Shown piece by piece: positions 7,151 through 15,664 of a stretch of DNA of 64,000 nucleotides (position 1 is the stretch's first letter; every line of letters starts with the position of its first letter). The notes beneath the pieces were generated by a model. It had not been told where the DNA came from and ran no database searches. It saw nothing but the letters and a program-made list of their open reading frames with translations. Location of the stretch: NCBI GenBank assembly GCA_963784535.1, contig CAWARR010000006.1, forward strand, positions 1 to 64,000, in the 5' to 3' direction. A program made the translations under genes and the position numbers. Origin of the DNA: an uncultured Actinomycetota bacterium (GTDB lineage Bacteria; Actinomycetota; Actinomycetes; Actinomycetales; Kineosporiaceae).

Positions 7151-9172
7151 CTACTCCTGGGTGGGTTCCGGCCCCTCGGGGACGGTCACCGCGGCCCGGT
7201 TGGGGGCCCAGTTGCGCAGGCTCCCGGTGAGGGTGGCGGCCAGCCCGGTGAGGGCGCCGTTGCCGTCGCCCCCCGACACGAGTACCTCGGGGACGATCTT
7301 CACGTTTCCGTCGGCCAGCGCGCCGGTCACGGCCACGGCCGCGGTGGCCTGCTGACCGAGCGCCTCGACCTGTGCCCGGTAGCCGGTGGCCTTCGCCACC
7401 CCGAGCGCCTCGGTCGCGGTGGCCTCGGCCAGGCCGATCGCCTTCCGCTTGTCCGCCTCGGCCTGACCGGTCATCCGGGTGAACGCGGCCTCGCCCTCGG
7501 CCTGCGCGCTGCGGGCGGCCGCGGCGGCCTTCTGGATGTCGATGTTGACGTTCGCCTTCGCGAGGTCGGCCTGCATGTCGGCGGTGCCGCGGGCCTTCTC
7601 CAGGTTGACCCGGACCTGCTGCGCCCGCTGCTGCTGCTCGAACGTGGCCCGCTCCTGGTTGGCGATCTCGCGTTCGGTGAGCACCGCCACCAGTTCGGGC
7701 GGGAACACCACGTCCTGGATGTACACGCCCTTGGTCTCCACGTCGTACTTGTTCAGGTACCCGCTGATGTACTCCTGGGCGTGCACCTGCACGGTGTCGC
7801 GGGTCTCGATGAACTGAACTGCCGGCAGCTGCTGCAGGGCGTTGCGGAAGTAGTTCCCGACGGCGGACTGCAGCACCTCGTTCACCAGGTTCTGCATGGT
7901 CCCGACCATCGAGATCACCTTGGGCGCCTTCGAGTCGGGCACGTGGATCTGCACCTGGAGGTCGATGCCGAAGACGAAGCCCTCGCGGGACTTGCCGTCG
8001 ATCGGGCGCAGCGCGGCGTCCAGGTTGTGCGCCTGGGAGGTCTCGTTCGCCCAGTTCAGGGTGAGGATCGAGGTCGGAACCACCTCGGCCGCGTACAGCC
8101 GCGGGTTGATCGCGTACTTGCCGGTGCGCAGCGGCTCGTTCCAGATGCCGCGGTGGCCGGGCCGGACGATCGACCCGAACTTGAACTCCAGGCCGGAGGT
8201 GTCCACCGTCGGCAGGCCGACGTAGGCCTTCACGACGGCCACCTCGCCCTGGAGCACCACCAGCATCGGCACCAGCTCGACGCGGACGAGGAACGGGTTG
8301 AGCAGGTACGACCCGTACAGCAGCGGGTCGTGCTGCAGGCCGATCCGCCCGCCGTGGTCGAGGAAGGCCTGGTAGTCCTGGTAGTTGTTGTGCAGGCCGT
8401 TCTTGCTGGAAAGGATCGCCTCGATCTTCTCCGGGTCGGGGGCGTCCGCCGCCTCCAGAGCGCTGATGTCCTCGTAGCCGCCGATGCGGCTGGCGATGTC
8501 GCCGGCCTCGGGGGCGGGGCCCTCGAGCGCGGTCACGATCCCGACGACGTCCTGCCACTGCTGGGGGGCCACGACCGTGACCCGCAACTGGTCGGCGGTC
8601 AGCCCGAACGTCTCGGCGGACAGCCCGCGGCGGCGGTCGAGGCTGGGGGAGACCGGCAGCCCGTAGACCCGGCCGGGGGTGACGACGAGGAAGGCGATCG
8701 GGTGCAGCGGCAGCAGCGTGCCGGGGGGCAGCACCGGCCGCTGGATGCCCTTCTGCCCGCCCTCGACGAGGAACTTCTCCAGGTTGGTGAAGTCGGCGAA
8801 GGCGGAGTGGTACTCGGCGGTCTTCGCCCCGATCGGCAGCGGGCCACCGACCTGGGCGACGATGACGCCGATCTCGCCGGCGGGCACCTGGACCCAGGGG
8901 TGCTTGCTCACCGTGTAGATGGGCCAGAGCTTGAAGCGGACCCCGGGCATCAGCAGCCCGGCCTGGTAGCCGGCCTCACCGTGGAAGGCGAGCGGCTGGT
9001 CGCCCCCGAGGCGGCGGCCGAAACGCTTGTTCACCAGACCCACCTCGGTGGCGCCGATGAAGCGGAAGGACTGCATGAACAGCAGTACGAGGATCAGGAC
9101 GATCCCGATCCCGAGGATCAGGGTGATTCCGAGGGACACCGTGGTCTCCTTGCCAGCGGGTGCGGGGTGCAC
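7151..9172 (-). CDS. Flotillin-like SPFH/band-7 domain membrane protein (YqiK/FloT-like)
   Basis: 673-aa uninterrupted ORF; N-terminal TM segment (GITLILGIGIVLILVLLFMQ), SPFH core, long Ala/Glu/Gln-rich coiled-coil (ANQERATFEQQQRAQQVRVNLEKARG...AEGEAAFTRM...) typical of flotillins. Confidence 0.85.
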   Translation of the reverse strand: MHPAPAGKETTVSLGITLILGIGIVLILVLLFMQSFRFIGATEVGLVNKRFGRRLGGDQPLAFHGEAGYQAGLLMPGVRFKLWPIYTVSKHPWVQVPAGEIGVIVAQVGGPLPIGAKTAEYHSAFADFTNLEKFLVEGGQKGIQRPVLPPGTLLPLHPIAFLVVTPGRVYGLPVSPSLDRRRGLSAETFGLTADQLRVTVVAPQQWQDVVGIVTALEGPAPEAGDIASRIGGYEDISALEAADAPDPEKIEAILSSKNGLHNNYQDYQAFLDHGGRIGLQHDPLLYGSYLLNPFLVRVELVPMLVVLQGEVAVVKAYVGLPTVDTSGLEFKFGSIVRPGHRGIWNEPLRTGKYAINPRLYAAEVVPTSILTLNWANETSQAHNLDAALRPIDGKSREGFVFGIDLQVQIHVPDSKAPKVISMVGTMQNLVNEVLQSAVGNYFRNALQQLPAVQFIETRDTVQVHAQEYISGYLNKYDVETKGVYIQDVVFPPELVAVLTEREIANQERATFEQQQRAQQVRVNLEKARGTADMQADLAKANVNIDIQKAAAAARSAQAEGEAAFTRMTGQAEADKRKAIGLAEATATEALGVAKATGYRAQVEALGQQATAAVAVTGALADGNVKIVPEVLVSGGDGNGALTGLAATLTGSLRNWAPNRAAVTVPEGPEPTQE

Positions 9173-9343
9173 CCGATACTTGAGGTAACGATCCAGACGC
9201 AGCCGCCGGTCGGGGCGTTCCCGGCACGGTGCGATCCCATTCTGGTGGCTTCGGGGGCGGGCGCGGGGGGTCGTCCGTCACCGGTCGCCGCCGCGGCCCG
9301 CCACCACTTTCGCCCGCGGAGGACCGGTGACAGGGTGTGCGCT

Positions 9344-10570
9344 ATGAGCGAGCTCAGCTACGTCGTCGTCGGCGGTGGCCTTGCCGGGGCCATGGCGGTG
9401 CAGGGGTTGCGCGAGCAGGGGGCACAGGGCCGGGTGGTGCTCGTCGGCGACGAGACCGACCCGCCGTACGAGCGGCCGCCGCTGTCCAAGGAGTACCTGG
9501 CCGGGCGCACGGCCGTGGAGAAGCTGCAGCTGCACGAGCCGGACTGGTACGCCGGGCACGGCGTGGAGCTGCTGCTCGGCACCCGGGCCGGCGGGATCGA
9601 CCGGGCGGCGCGGGTCGTGCAGCTCGCCGACGGGTCCCGGATCAGCTACGACCGGCTGCTGCTGGCCACCGGGAGCGCCCCGCGCCGGCTGCGGGTGCCG
9701 GGGGCCGACCTCGACGGGGTGCACTACCTGCGCCGGGTGCGTAACTCCGACGCGATCAGGTCCGCGATCGGGCGCGGCGGCCCGCTGGTGGTGGTCGGGG
9801 CCGGCTGGATCGGGCTCGAGGTCGCCGCGGTGGCCCGCCTGGCGGGGCTGGACGTGACCGTCGTCGAACCGCAGGCCCAGCCGCTCGGCGGGGTGCTGGG
9901 TGAGCAGGTGGGCGCCCGGTTCGCCGCGCTGCACCGGGCCCACGGTGTGGACCTGCGCACGGGCACCGGGGTGGAGGCGGTGCTCGGCGACGGCAGGGTG
10001 GAGGCCGTCCGGCTGACGGGCGGGGCACTGGTCCCGGCCGCTGCGGTCGTCGTCGGCGTCGGCATCAGGCCACTCACCGAGCTGGCGGAGGCCGCCGGGC
10101 TGGCCGTGGACGACGGCGTGGTGGTCGACGCCTCGCTGTGCACCTCGGACCCGAACATCTGGGCCGCGGGTGACGTCGCCAGCGCCGACAACGCGTGGGC
10201 GGGGCGCCGGTTGCGGGTGGAGCACTACAGCAACGCCACCGACCAGGGCATGCTCGCCGGGCGGATCATGGCGGGGGCGCAGGAGCGATGGGCGAAGCCG
10301 CCGTACTTCTGGAGCGACCAGTACGACCTGGCGATGGAGTACCGCGGGTGGGCCGACCCCGCGGCCTCGACGCTGGTGCTGCGCGGCGGCCCGGACGATG
10401 CGGCCTGGTTCGCCTTCTGGCTCGTCGGCGACGAGGTCCGGGCCGGGATGCACGTCAACGGCTGGGACGACGCCGACCAGGTGAAGGTGCTGGTCACCGA
10501 GCACGCCCGGGTCGATCCCGCTGCGCTGGGTGACCCCGGAACCGGCTGGGGGGACGTGCGCCGCGGCTGA
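9344..10570 (+). CDS. FAD-dependent pyridine nucleotide-disulfide oxidoreductase (ferredoxin/rubredoxin reductase family)
   Basis: MSELSYVVVGGGLAGAMAV...DPPYERPPLSKEYL...LVVVGAGWIGLEVAA...AAGDVA; ATG 9344 follows a stop; the 1416-aa ORF in the track is an upstream artefact. Confidence 0.85.
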   Translation: MSELSYVVVGGGLAGAMAVQGLREQGAQGRVVLVGDETDPPYERPPLSKEYLAGRTAVEKLQLHEPDWYAGHGVELLLGTRAGGIDRAARVVQLADGSRISYDRLLLATGSAPRRLRVPGADLDGVHYLRRVRNSDAIRSAIGRGGPLVVVGAGWIGLEVAAVARLAGLDVTVVEPQAQPLGGVLGEQVGARFAALHRAHGVDLRTGTGVEAVLGDGRVEAVRLTGGALVPAAAVVVGVGIRPLTELAEAAGLAVDDGVVVDASLCTSDPNIWAAGDVASADNAWAGRRLRVEHYSNATDQGMLAGRIMAGAQERWAKPPYFWSDQYDLAMEYRGWADPAASTLVLRGGPDDAAWFAFWLVGDEVRAGMHVNGWDDADQVKVLVTEHARVDPAALGDPGTGWGDVRRG

Positions 10571-10662
10571 CCCCGCGGCGCCGGGCGCGGGCGGGTGCCG
10601 AACTAGACTCCGGGCGTGAGCCGGGCAGTGGGCGGGGTCGACAGCGGCACCGGGAGCGGCTA

Positions 10663-12678
10663 GTGCGCATCCGCCGCGAGGACGTCGAGCATGTCCGCGA
10701 GCACGCCCGGATCGAGGATGTCGTCGGCGAGCACGTCGCGCTGAAGCAGGCCGGCGTCGGCTCGATGAAGGGGCTGTGCCCCTTCCACGACGAGCGCACC
10801 CCCTCCTTCCACGTGCGCCCGCCGGTGGGCCGGTTCCACTGCTTCGGCTGCGGTAAGGACGGGGACGTGATCGCCTTCGTCCAGGAGGTCGACCACCTGA
10901 CGTTCACCGAGGCCGTCGAGCGGCTCGCCGCCCGGTTGGGCCTCCAGCTGCACTACGAGGACGACGCCGGGGGGCGGGCCAGCCCGCGCCGCGACCAGGT
11001 CGGCCAGCGGCAACGGCTGGTCGAGGCGAACCGGGTGGCGGAGGAGTTCTTCGTCGAGCAGCTGTCCGGCGGCGGGGACGCCGTGGTGGGCCGACAGTTC
11101 CTGCACGACCGCGGTTTCGACCGCGAGGCGGCGAAGCTCTTCGGGGTGGGGTTCGCCCCCCGCGGCCACGAGGAACTGCTCCGGTACCTGCGGGGCAAGG
11201 GGTTCACCGAGGACGAGCTGCTCGCCTCCGGGTTGGCCGGGCAGGGGCAGCGCGGGTTGTACGACAGGTTCCGGGGGCGGCTGATCTGGCCGATCCGTGA
11301 CGTCACCGGCGACGTGGTGGGCTTCGGCGCGCGGCGGTTGTTCGACGACGACCGGATCGAGGCGAAGTACCTGAACACCCCGGAGACGGCGCTGTACCAC
11401 AAGTCGCAGGTGCTCTACGGGGTGGACCTGGCGAAGCGGGAGATCTCCCGCACCCACCAGGTGGTGGTGGTGGAGGGCTACACCGACGTGATGGCCTGTC
11501 ACCTCGCCGGAGTGCCCACGGCGGTGGCCACCTGCGGGACTGCCTTCGGCGCCGACCACATCCGGATCGTGCGCCGGCTGCTCGGCGACGACAGCCAGCG
11601 GGCCGGCGAGGTGGTGTTCACCTTCGACGGCGACGAGGCCGGGCAGAAGGCCGCGATGCGGGCGTTCGAGGACGACCAGCGGTTCGTGGCGCAGACGTTC
11701 GTCGCGGTCGCCCGGGACGGGATGGACCCGTGCGACCTGCGGCTGAGCCGTGGCAACGAGGCGGTGCAGGAGCTGGTGGCCGGGCGCCAGCCGATGTTCC
11801 AGTTCGCCATCCGCACGACGCTGGCACGCTTCGACCTCGACACCGTCGAGGGCCGGGTGGAGGCGCTGCGCTCGGCGGCGCCGATCGTGGCGAGGATCCG
11901 GGACACCTCACTGCGCCCCGAGTACGCCCGCCGGCTGGCGGGCTGGCTGGGGATGGAGGTGGACACGGTGACCCGGGCGGTCTCGCGGGCGCTACGGGCC
12001 GGGCCACCCTCCGCGACCGGGTCGCCGGCACCGGGCGCTGCGGGGTCACCAGGTGCTGCCGGACACCGTGGCGACCCCCGGGGCCAGGGGTCGGGGCCGG
12101 GGCTGGGGCCGGGGCCCGGCCCGGGTCAGGGAGGGGGAAGGGGCGGAGCCGGGGGCGCGGGTGCTGCCGGCGGCGCGGGGGTCGCCGCCCACCGGCCCGA
12201 TCCGCGCGATCCGGTGGCCCGGGTGGAGCTGGAGGCCCTGGAGTGCATGCTGCAGCTGCCCCAGCTGGTGCCGCTCGAGGACGCCCGCTCGCTCGGCGAG
12301 AACGCGTTCGAGGTCCCCGCCTTCCGGGCCGTGCACCACGCGGTGCGCGCAGCGGGAGGGATCGAGCAGGCACAGTCGATGAGCCCGCGGGCGTGGGCGG
12401 CGGCGGTGATCGAGGCCGCCCCGCAGACGGTGGCGGGCCTGGTGTCGGAACTGGCCGTCGCGCCGCTGCCGGCCGACTCCGAGGACGCGCTCGCCCGGTA
12501 CGTCGGCTCGGTGGTGCTGCGGGTCGCCGAGATGGAGGTGACCCGCGGGATCGGCACGCTCCGCAGCCGCGTGCAGCGGATGGAACCCGGCGACGCCGGG
12601 TACCAGCAGGCGTTCGCCGACCTGCTCGCCGCGGAGGCCCGGCGACGGACGCTGCGGGAGCGGATCAGCGGTGGCTGA
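10663..12678 (+). CDS. dnaG: DNA primase DnaG
   Basis: 671 aa intact; zinc-binding CPFHDERTPSFHV...FHCFGCGKDGDVIAFV, TOPRIM region EGYTDVMACHLAG..., long Gly/Pro-rich linker before C-terminal domain. Confidence 0.95.
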   Translation: MRIRREDVEHVREHARIEDVVGEHVALKQAGVGSMKGLCPFHDERTPSFHVRPPVGRFHCFGCGKDGDVIAFVQEVDHLTFTEAVERLAARLGLQLHYEDDAGGRASPRRDQVGQRQRLVEANRVAEEFFVEQLSGGGDAVVGRQFLHDRGFDREAAKLFGVGFAPRGHEELLRYLRGKGFTEDELLASGLAGQGQRGLYDRFRGRLIWPIRDVTGDVVGFGARRLFDDDRIEAKYLNTPETALYHKSQVLYGVDLAKREISRTHQVVVVEGYTDVMACHLAGVPTAVATCGTAFGADHIRIVRRLLGDDSQRAGEVVFTFDGDEAGQKAAMRAFEDDQRFVAQTFVAVARDGMDPCDLRLSRGNEAVQELVAGRQPMFQFAIRTTLARFDLDTVEGRVEALRSAAPIVARIRDTSLRPEYARRLAGWLGMEVDTVTRAVSRALRAGPPSATGSPAPGAAGSPGAAGHRGDPRGQGSGPGLGPGPGPGQGGGRGGAGGAGAAGGAGVAAHRPDPRDPVARVELEALECMLQLPQLVPLEDARSLGENAFEVPAFRAVHHAVRAAGGIEQAQSMSPRAWAAAVIEAAPQTVAGLVSELAVAPLPADSEDALARYVGSVVLRVAEMEVTRGIGTLRSRVQRMEPGDAGYQQAFADLLAAEARRRTLRERISGG

Positions 12679-13183
12679 GCGGGAGCGGTGGTGGCGCCGT
12701 CAGCGGCTCCCGGACGATGAGGCTCGGGTGCTCGGGCTGGAGCCCGGGGAACGGGTGCTGGCCTGGTCGACGCTGGTGGGCGGTGGGGCGGTGGCAGCGA
12801 CCCCGCGCGGGCTGCGGGCGGTGACCCCGTTCGGGAAGGTGGTACGGCGGCCGTGGACGGACGTGGACCACGCGGCCTGGGGCGGGCCGTCCGCAACCCT
12901 GGTGGTGTGGTGGGTGGGGTCCCGGCAGCCGCTGCCGCTGGAGCTGGAGCGGCCCGGACAGCTGCCGGCGGTGGTGCACGAGCGGGTGCAGGGGTCGATC
13001 GTGGTGGCCCAGGAGATCCCGCTCGGCGCAGGGCGGCGGGTGTGGGTGGCGATCCGCAAGGACGCCGGGGGCGCGCTGAGTACGCAGGCAGTCCCGTCGC
13101 CCGGGGTGAAGCTGGACGACCCCGAGGTGGTGCGCCTGGTGCGAGCCGTCAGCCGGGAACTGAGCGACGACGCGGGCCTGTAG
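12671..13183 (+). CDS. Conserved hypothetical protein downstream of dnaG
   Basis: 170-aa ORF, GTG start overlapping dnaG stop (GTGGCTGA); protein-like composition; no recognisable domain from sequence alone. Confidence 0.55.
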   Translation: MAERERWWRRQRLPDDEARVLGLEPGERVLAWSTLVGGGAVAATPRGLRAVTPFGKVVRRPWTDVDHAAWGGPSATLVVWWVGSRQPLPLELERPGQLPAVVHERVQGSIVVAQEIPLGAGRRVWVAIRKDAGGALSTQAVPSPGVKLDDPEVVRLVRAVSRELSDDAGL

Positions 13184-13229
13184 GCGCGGCAGTGGCGCTC
13201 CCAGGGTTTGGTACAGTTTCCGACGCCGA

Positions 13230-13302
13230 TCCCGCGTAGCTCAATCGGCAGAGCGTCCGGCTGTTAACCGGCAGGTTACTGGTTCGAGTCCAGTCGCGGG
13301 AG
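13230..13302 (+). tRNA. tRNA-Asn (anticodon GTT)
   Basis: Cloverleaf: acceptor TCCCGCG/CGCGGGA, D arm GCTC-AATCGGCA-GAGC, anticodon loop CTGTTAA, T arm ACTGG-TTCGAGT-CCAGT; near-identical to Streptomyces tRNA-Asn; position 27-43 is a T-C mismatch. Confidence 0.9.
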
Positions 13303-13427
13303 CTTGACCTGCACCGATGCATGATCGCGTGCGGGTAGCCTGGCGTGGTGCACGACGGTGCGGACCGGGCCGAACTCGGGTCGGCGCAGTGCCGAGAGCC
13401 GGTGGGCCAAGATCCACGGGACTCTCC

Positions 13428-14067
13428 TTAGCCCGCGGTCCCGGGCTTGCGCGCGGCGAACCGCTCGATGATGCCGAGGGAGAACCGCTCGTGGCGCTCC
13501 ACCTGCAGGCCCAGTGCCGGCAGGTGCAGCAGCGGTCGGCGCCGCCAGTGCTCCCCGTACGCCGGGACGGTCACGGCGTCCACCAGCGGCCTGCACCGCC
13601 CGGGCCGGCCAGAACGAGGAAGCGACGTGGTCGGCGAGCAGCAGCAGCCCGCCGGGTCGCAGCACCCGTACCATCTCGGCCAGCGCCTGCCGCTCGTCGG
13701 GGATCCCGCACAGCGCGAAGGTTGCCACCACCGTGTCGAAGCTGGCGTCGGGGAAGCCCAGCGCCCGCGCATCACCCTCGTGCAGGTCGATCTCGCGGCC
13801 CAGGGCGTCGGCCTGGGTGCGGGTGACCGCCAGCATCGCGCTGCTCCACTCCAGGCCGGTCAGCTGCACGTCGTCGGGATAGTAGGCGAGGTTGCGGCCG
13901 GTGCCGATGGCCACCTCCAGCGTCTCGCCGTACGCCTGGCCGCACAGCCACGGCCGGGTGTCGGCGAAGAACCGGCGCTCGGTCGAGGCCAGCTGGCGGT
14001 CATAGGACGAGGCCTGCCGGTCCCAGTTGCGGCGCAGCCGGGCGTCCCGGGGCGAGATGTCCGTCAC
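13428..14067 (-). CDS. Class I SAM-dependent methyltransferase (one apparent frameshift near 13600)
   Basis: VTDISPRDARLRRNWDRQASSYDRQ...LEVAIGTGRNLAYY...GDARALGFPDASFDTVVATFALCGIPDERQALAEMVRVLRPGGLLLLADH then C-terminus continues in another frame (...HLPALGLQVERHERFSLGIIERFAARKPGTAG*). Confidence 0.7.
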
Positions 14068-14235
14068 CCCCTCACCGTAGCGGGGCGGGTTGCGGGGATT
14101 CCGGTGCCGGCGCCACCCGGGGGGTGACGATGGTGCCGGGCCGGCCGGGTATCCGCTCTGTAGGGTGAGCCGTGGCGTGACGCGGCGTTCACGGTCGGCA
14201 AGGGTCCGACCCCCGCAGTCGCAGGAGGCGGACCC

Positions 14236-15618
14236 ATGCCTGCACCAAGTCCTGGATACTCGATCACCCTTCGGGTCGAAGCCCCGACCGCCGGTACCGT
14301 CACGGCGGAGCTGACCGCCGCGGTCGGAAAGGCCGGCGGGGTGCTCACGGCGCTGGACGTGGTGGAGTCGCACTACGACCTCATCGTCATCGACGTGACC
14401 TGCAACGTGGCTGACGGCGACCATGCCGAGGCCATCAAGGCAGCCGTCGAGGCGCTCGAGGGGGTCACGGTCCGCAAGGTCAGCGACCGCACGTTCCTCA
14501 TGCACCTGGGCGGCAAGCTCGAGGTGACGCCGAAGGTCCAGCTGCGCCACCGCGATGACCTGTCCCGGGCATACACGCCGGGGGTGGCGCGCGTGTGCCT
14601 GGCGATCGCGGCGAACCCCGCCGACGCCCGCCGGCTGACGATCAAGCGCAACACGGTGGCCGTGGTGACCGACGGGTCGGCGGTGCTGGGCCTGGGCGAC
14701 CTCGGCCCGGCGGCTGCGCTGCCGGTGATGGAGGGCAAGGCGGCGCTGTTCAAGCGCTTCGCCGACGTCGACGCCTGGCCCGTCTGTCTGGACACCCAGG
14801 ACACCGACACCATCGTGGAGATCGTCCGCGCGATCGCCCCCGTCTACGGGGGGATCAACCTCGAGGACATCGCCGCCCCGCGCTGCTTCGAGATCGAGTC
14901 CCGGCTTCGCGAGATGCTCGACATTCCGGTCTTCCACGACGACCAGCACGGCACCGCGATCGTGGTGCTGGCGGCGCTGACGAACGCTCTGCGGATCGTG
15001 GAGAAGTCCCTCGGCGACGTGCGGATCGTGGTGTCCGGCGCCGGCGCCGCGGGGCAGGCGATCATCCGGCTGCTGCTCGGGCAGGGGGCGAAGCACGTGG
15101 TCGCCTTCGACAGCCGCGGGTCCGTGTATGCCGCCCGCGAGGGGCTGGACCCGTTCAAGACGTGGATCGCGGAACACACCAACTCGCACGGCTTCGAGGG
15201 GACCCTGAAGCAGGGGGTCGCCGACGCCGACGTGTTCATCGGGGTGTCGGCGCCCAACCTGTTGACCGGGGACGACATCGCCACCATGGCTCCGAAGGCG
15301 ATCGTGCTGGCGCTGGCCAATCCCGACCCGGAGGTCGACCCGCTGGCGGCGCAGCAGTACGCCACGGTGGTCGGGACGGGGCGCAGCGACTTCCCGAACC
15401 AGATCAACAACGTGCTGGCCTTCCCGGGGGTGTTCCGCGGGCTGCTCGACGCCGGTGCGCGGGACATCACCGACACGATGATGGTGGCGGCCGCCACCGC
15501 CATCGCCGACTCGGTCTCGCCGTCGGAGCTCAACCCGAGCTACGTCGTCCCGAGCGTGTTCGACCCGAACGTGGCGCCGGCCGTCGCCGCCGCGGTGAAG
15601 GCGGCAGCCGCCGGCTGA
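14236..15618 (+). CDS. NAD(P)-dependent malic enzyme (short type with N-terminal ACT-like domain)
   Basis: 460 aa; ...RDDLSRAYTPGVARVC...VTDGSAVLGLGDLGPAAALPVMEGKAALFKRFADVDA...VYGGINLEDIAAPRCFEIE...VSGAGAAGQAI... canonical malic enzyme motifs. Confidence 0.9.
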   Translation: MPAPSPGYSITLRVEAPTAGTVTAELTAAVGKAGGVLTALDVVESHYDLIVIDVTCNVADGDHAEAIKAAVEALEGVTVRKVSDRTFLMHLGGKLEVTPKVQLRHRDDLSRAYTPGVARVCLAIAANPADARRLTIKRNTVAVVTDGSAVLGLGDLGPAAALPVMEGKAALFKRFADVDAWPVCLDTQDTDTIVEIVRAIAPVYGGINLEDIAAPRCFEIESRLREMLDIPVFHDDQHGTAIVVLAALTNALRIVEKSLGDVRIVVSGAGAAGQAIIRLLLGQGAKHVVAFDSRGSVYAAREGLDPFKTWIAEHTNSHGFEGTLKQGVADADVFIGVSAPNLLTGDDIATMAPKAIVLALANPDPEVDPLAAQQYATVVGTGRSDFPNQINNVLAFPGVFRGLLDAGARDITDTMMVAAATAIADSVSPSELNPSYVVPSVFDPNVAPAVAAAVKAAAAG

Positions 15619-15664
15619 GCGCCGGGCGGAGCGCCGTCCGCGGTCGGGCCTACCCTCGGGTGCC

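Noticed and set aside
6320-10570. 1416-aa plus-strand ORF (and 767-aa minus-strand ORF 6255-8558) spanning the GyrI/flotillin region
   Set aside because: In 72% GC DNA the antisense and shifted frames of real genes stay open. The translations are Arg/Gly/Pro/Ala low-complexity, whereas the minus-strand GyrI and flotillin genes have clear domain signatures. Only the last 409 codons of the plus ORF (the FAD reductase from ATG 9344) are real.
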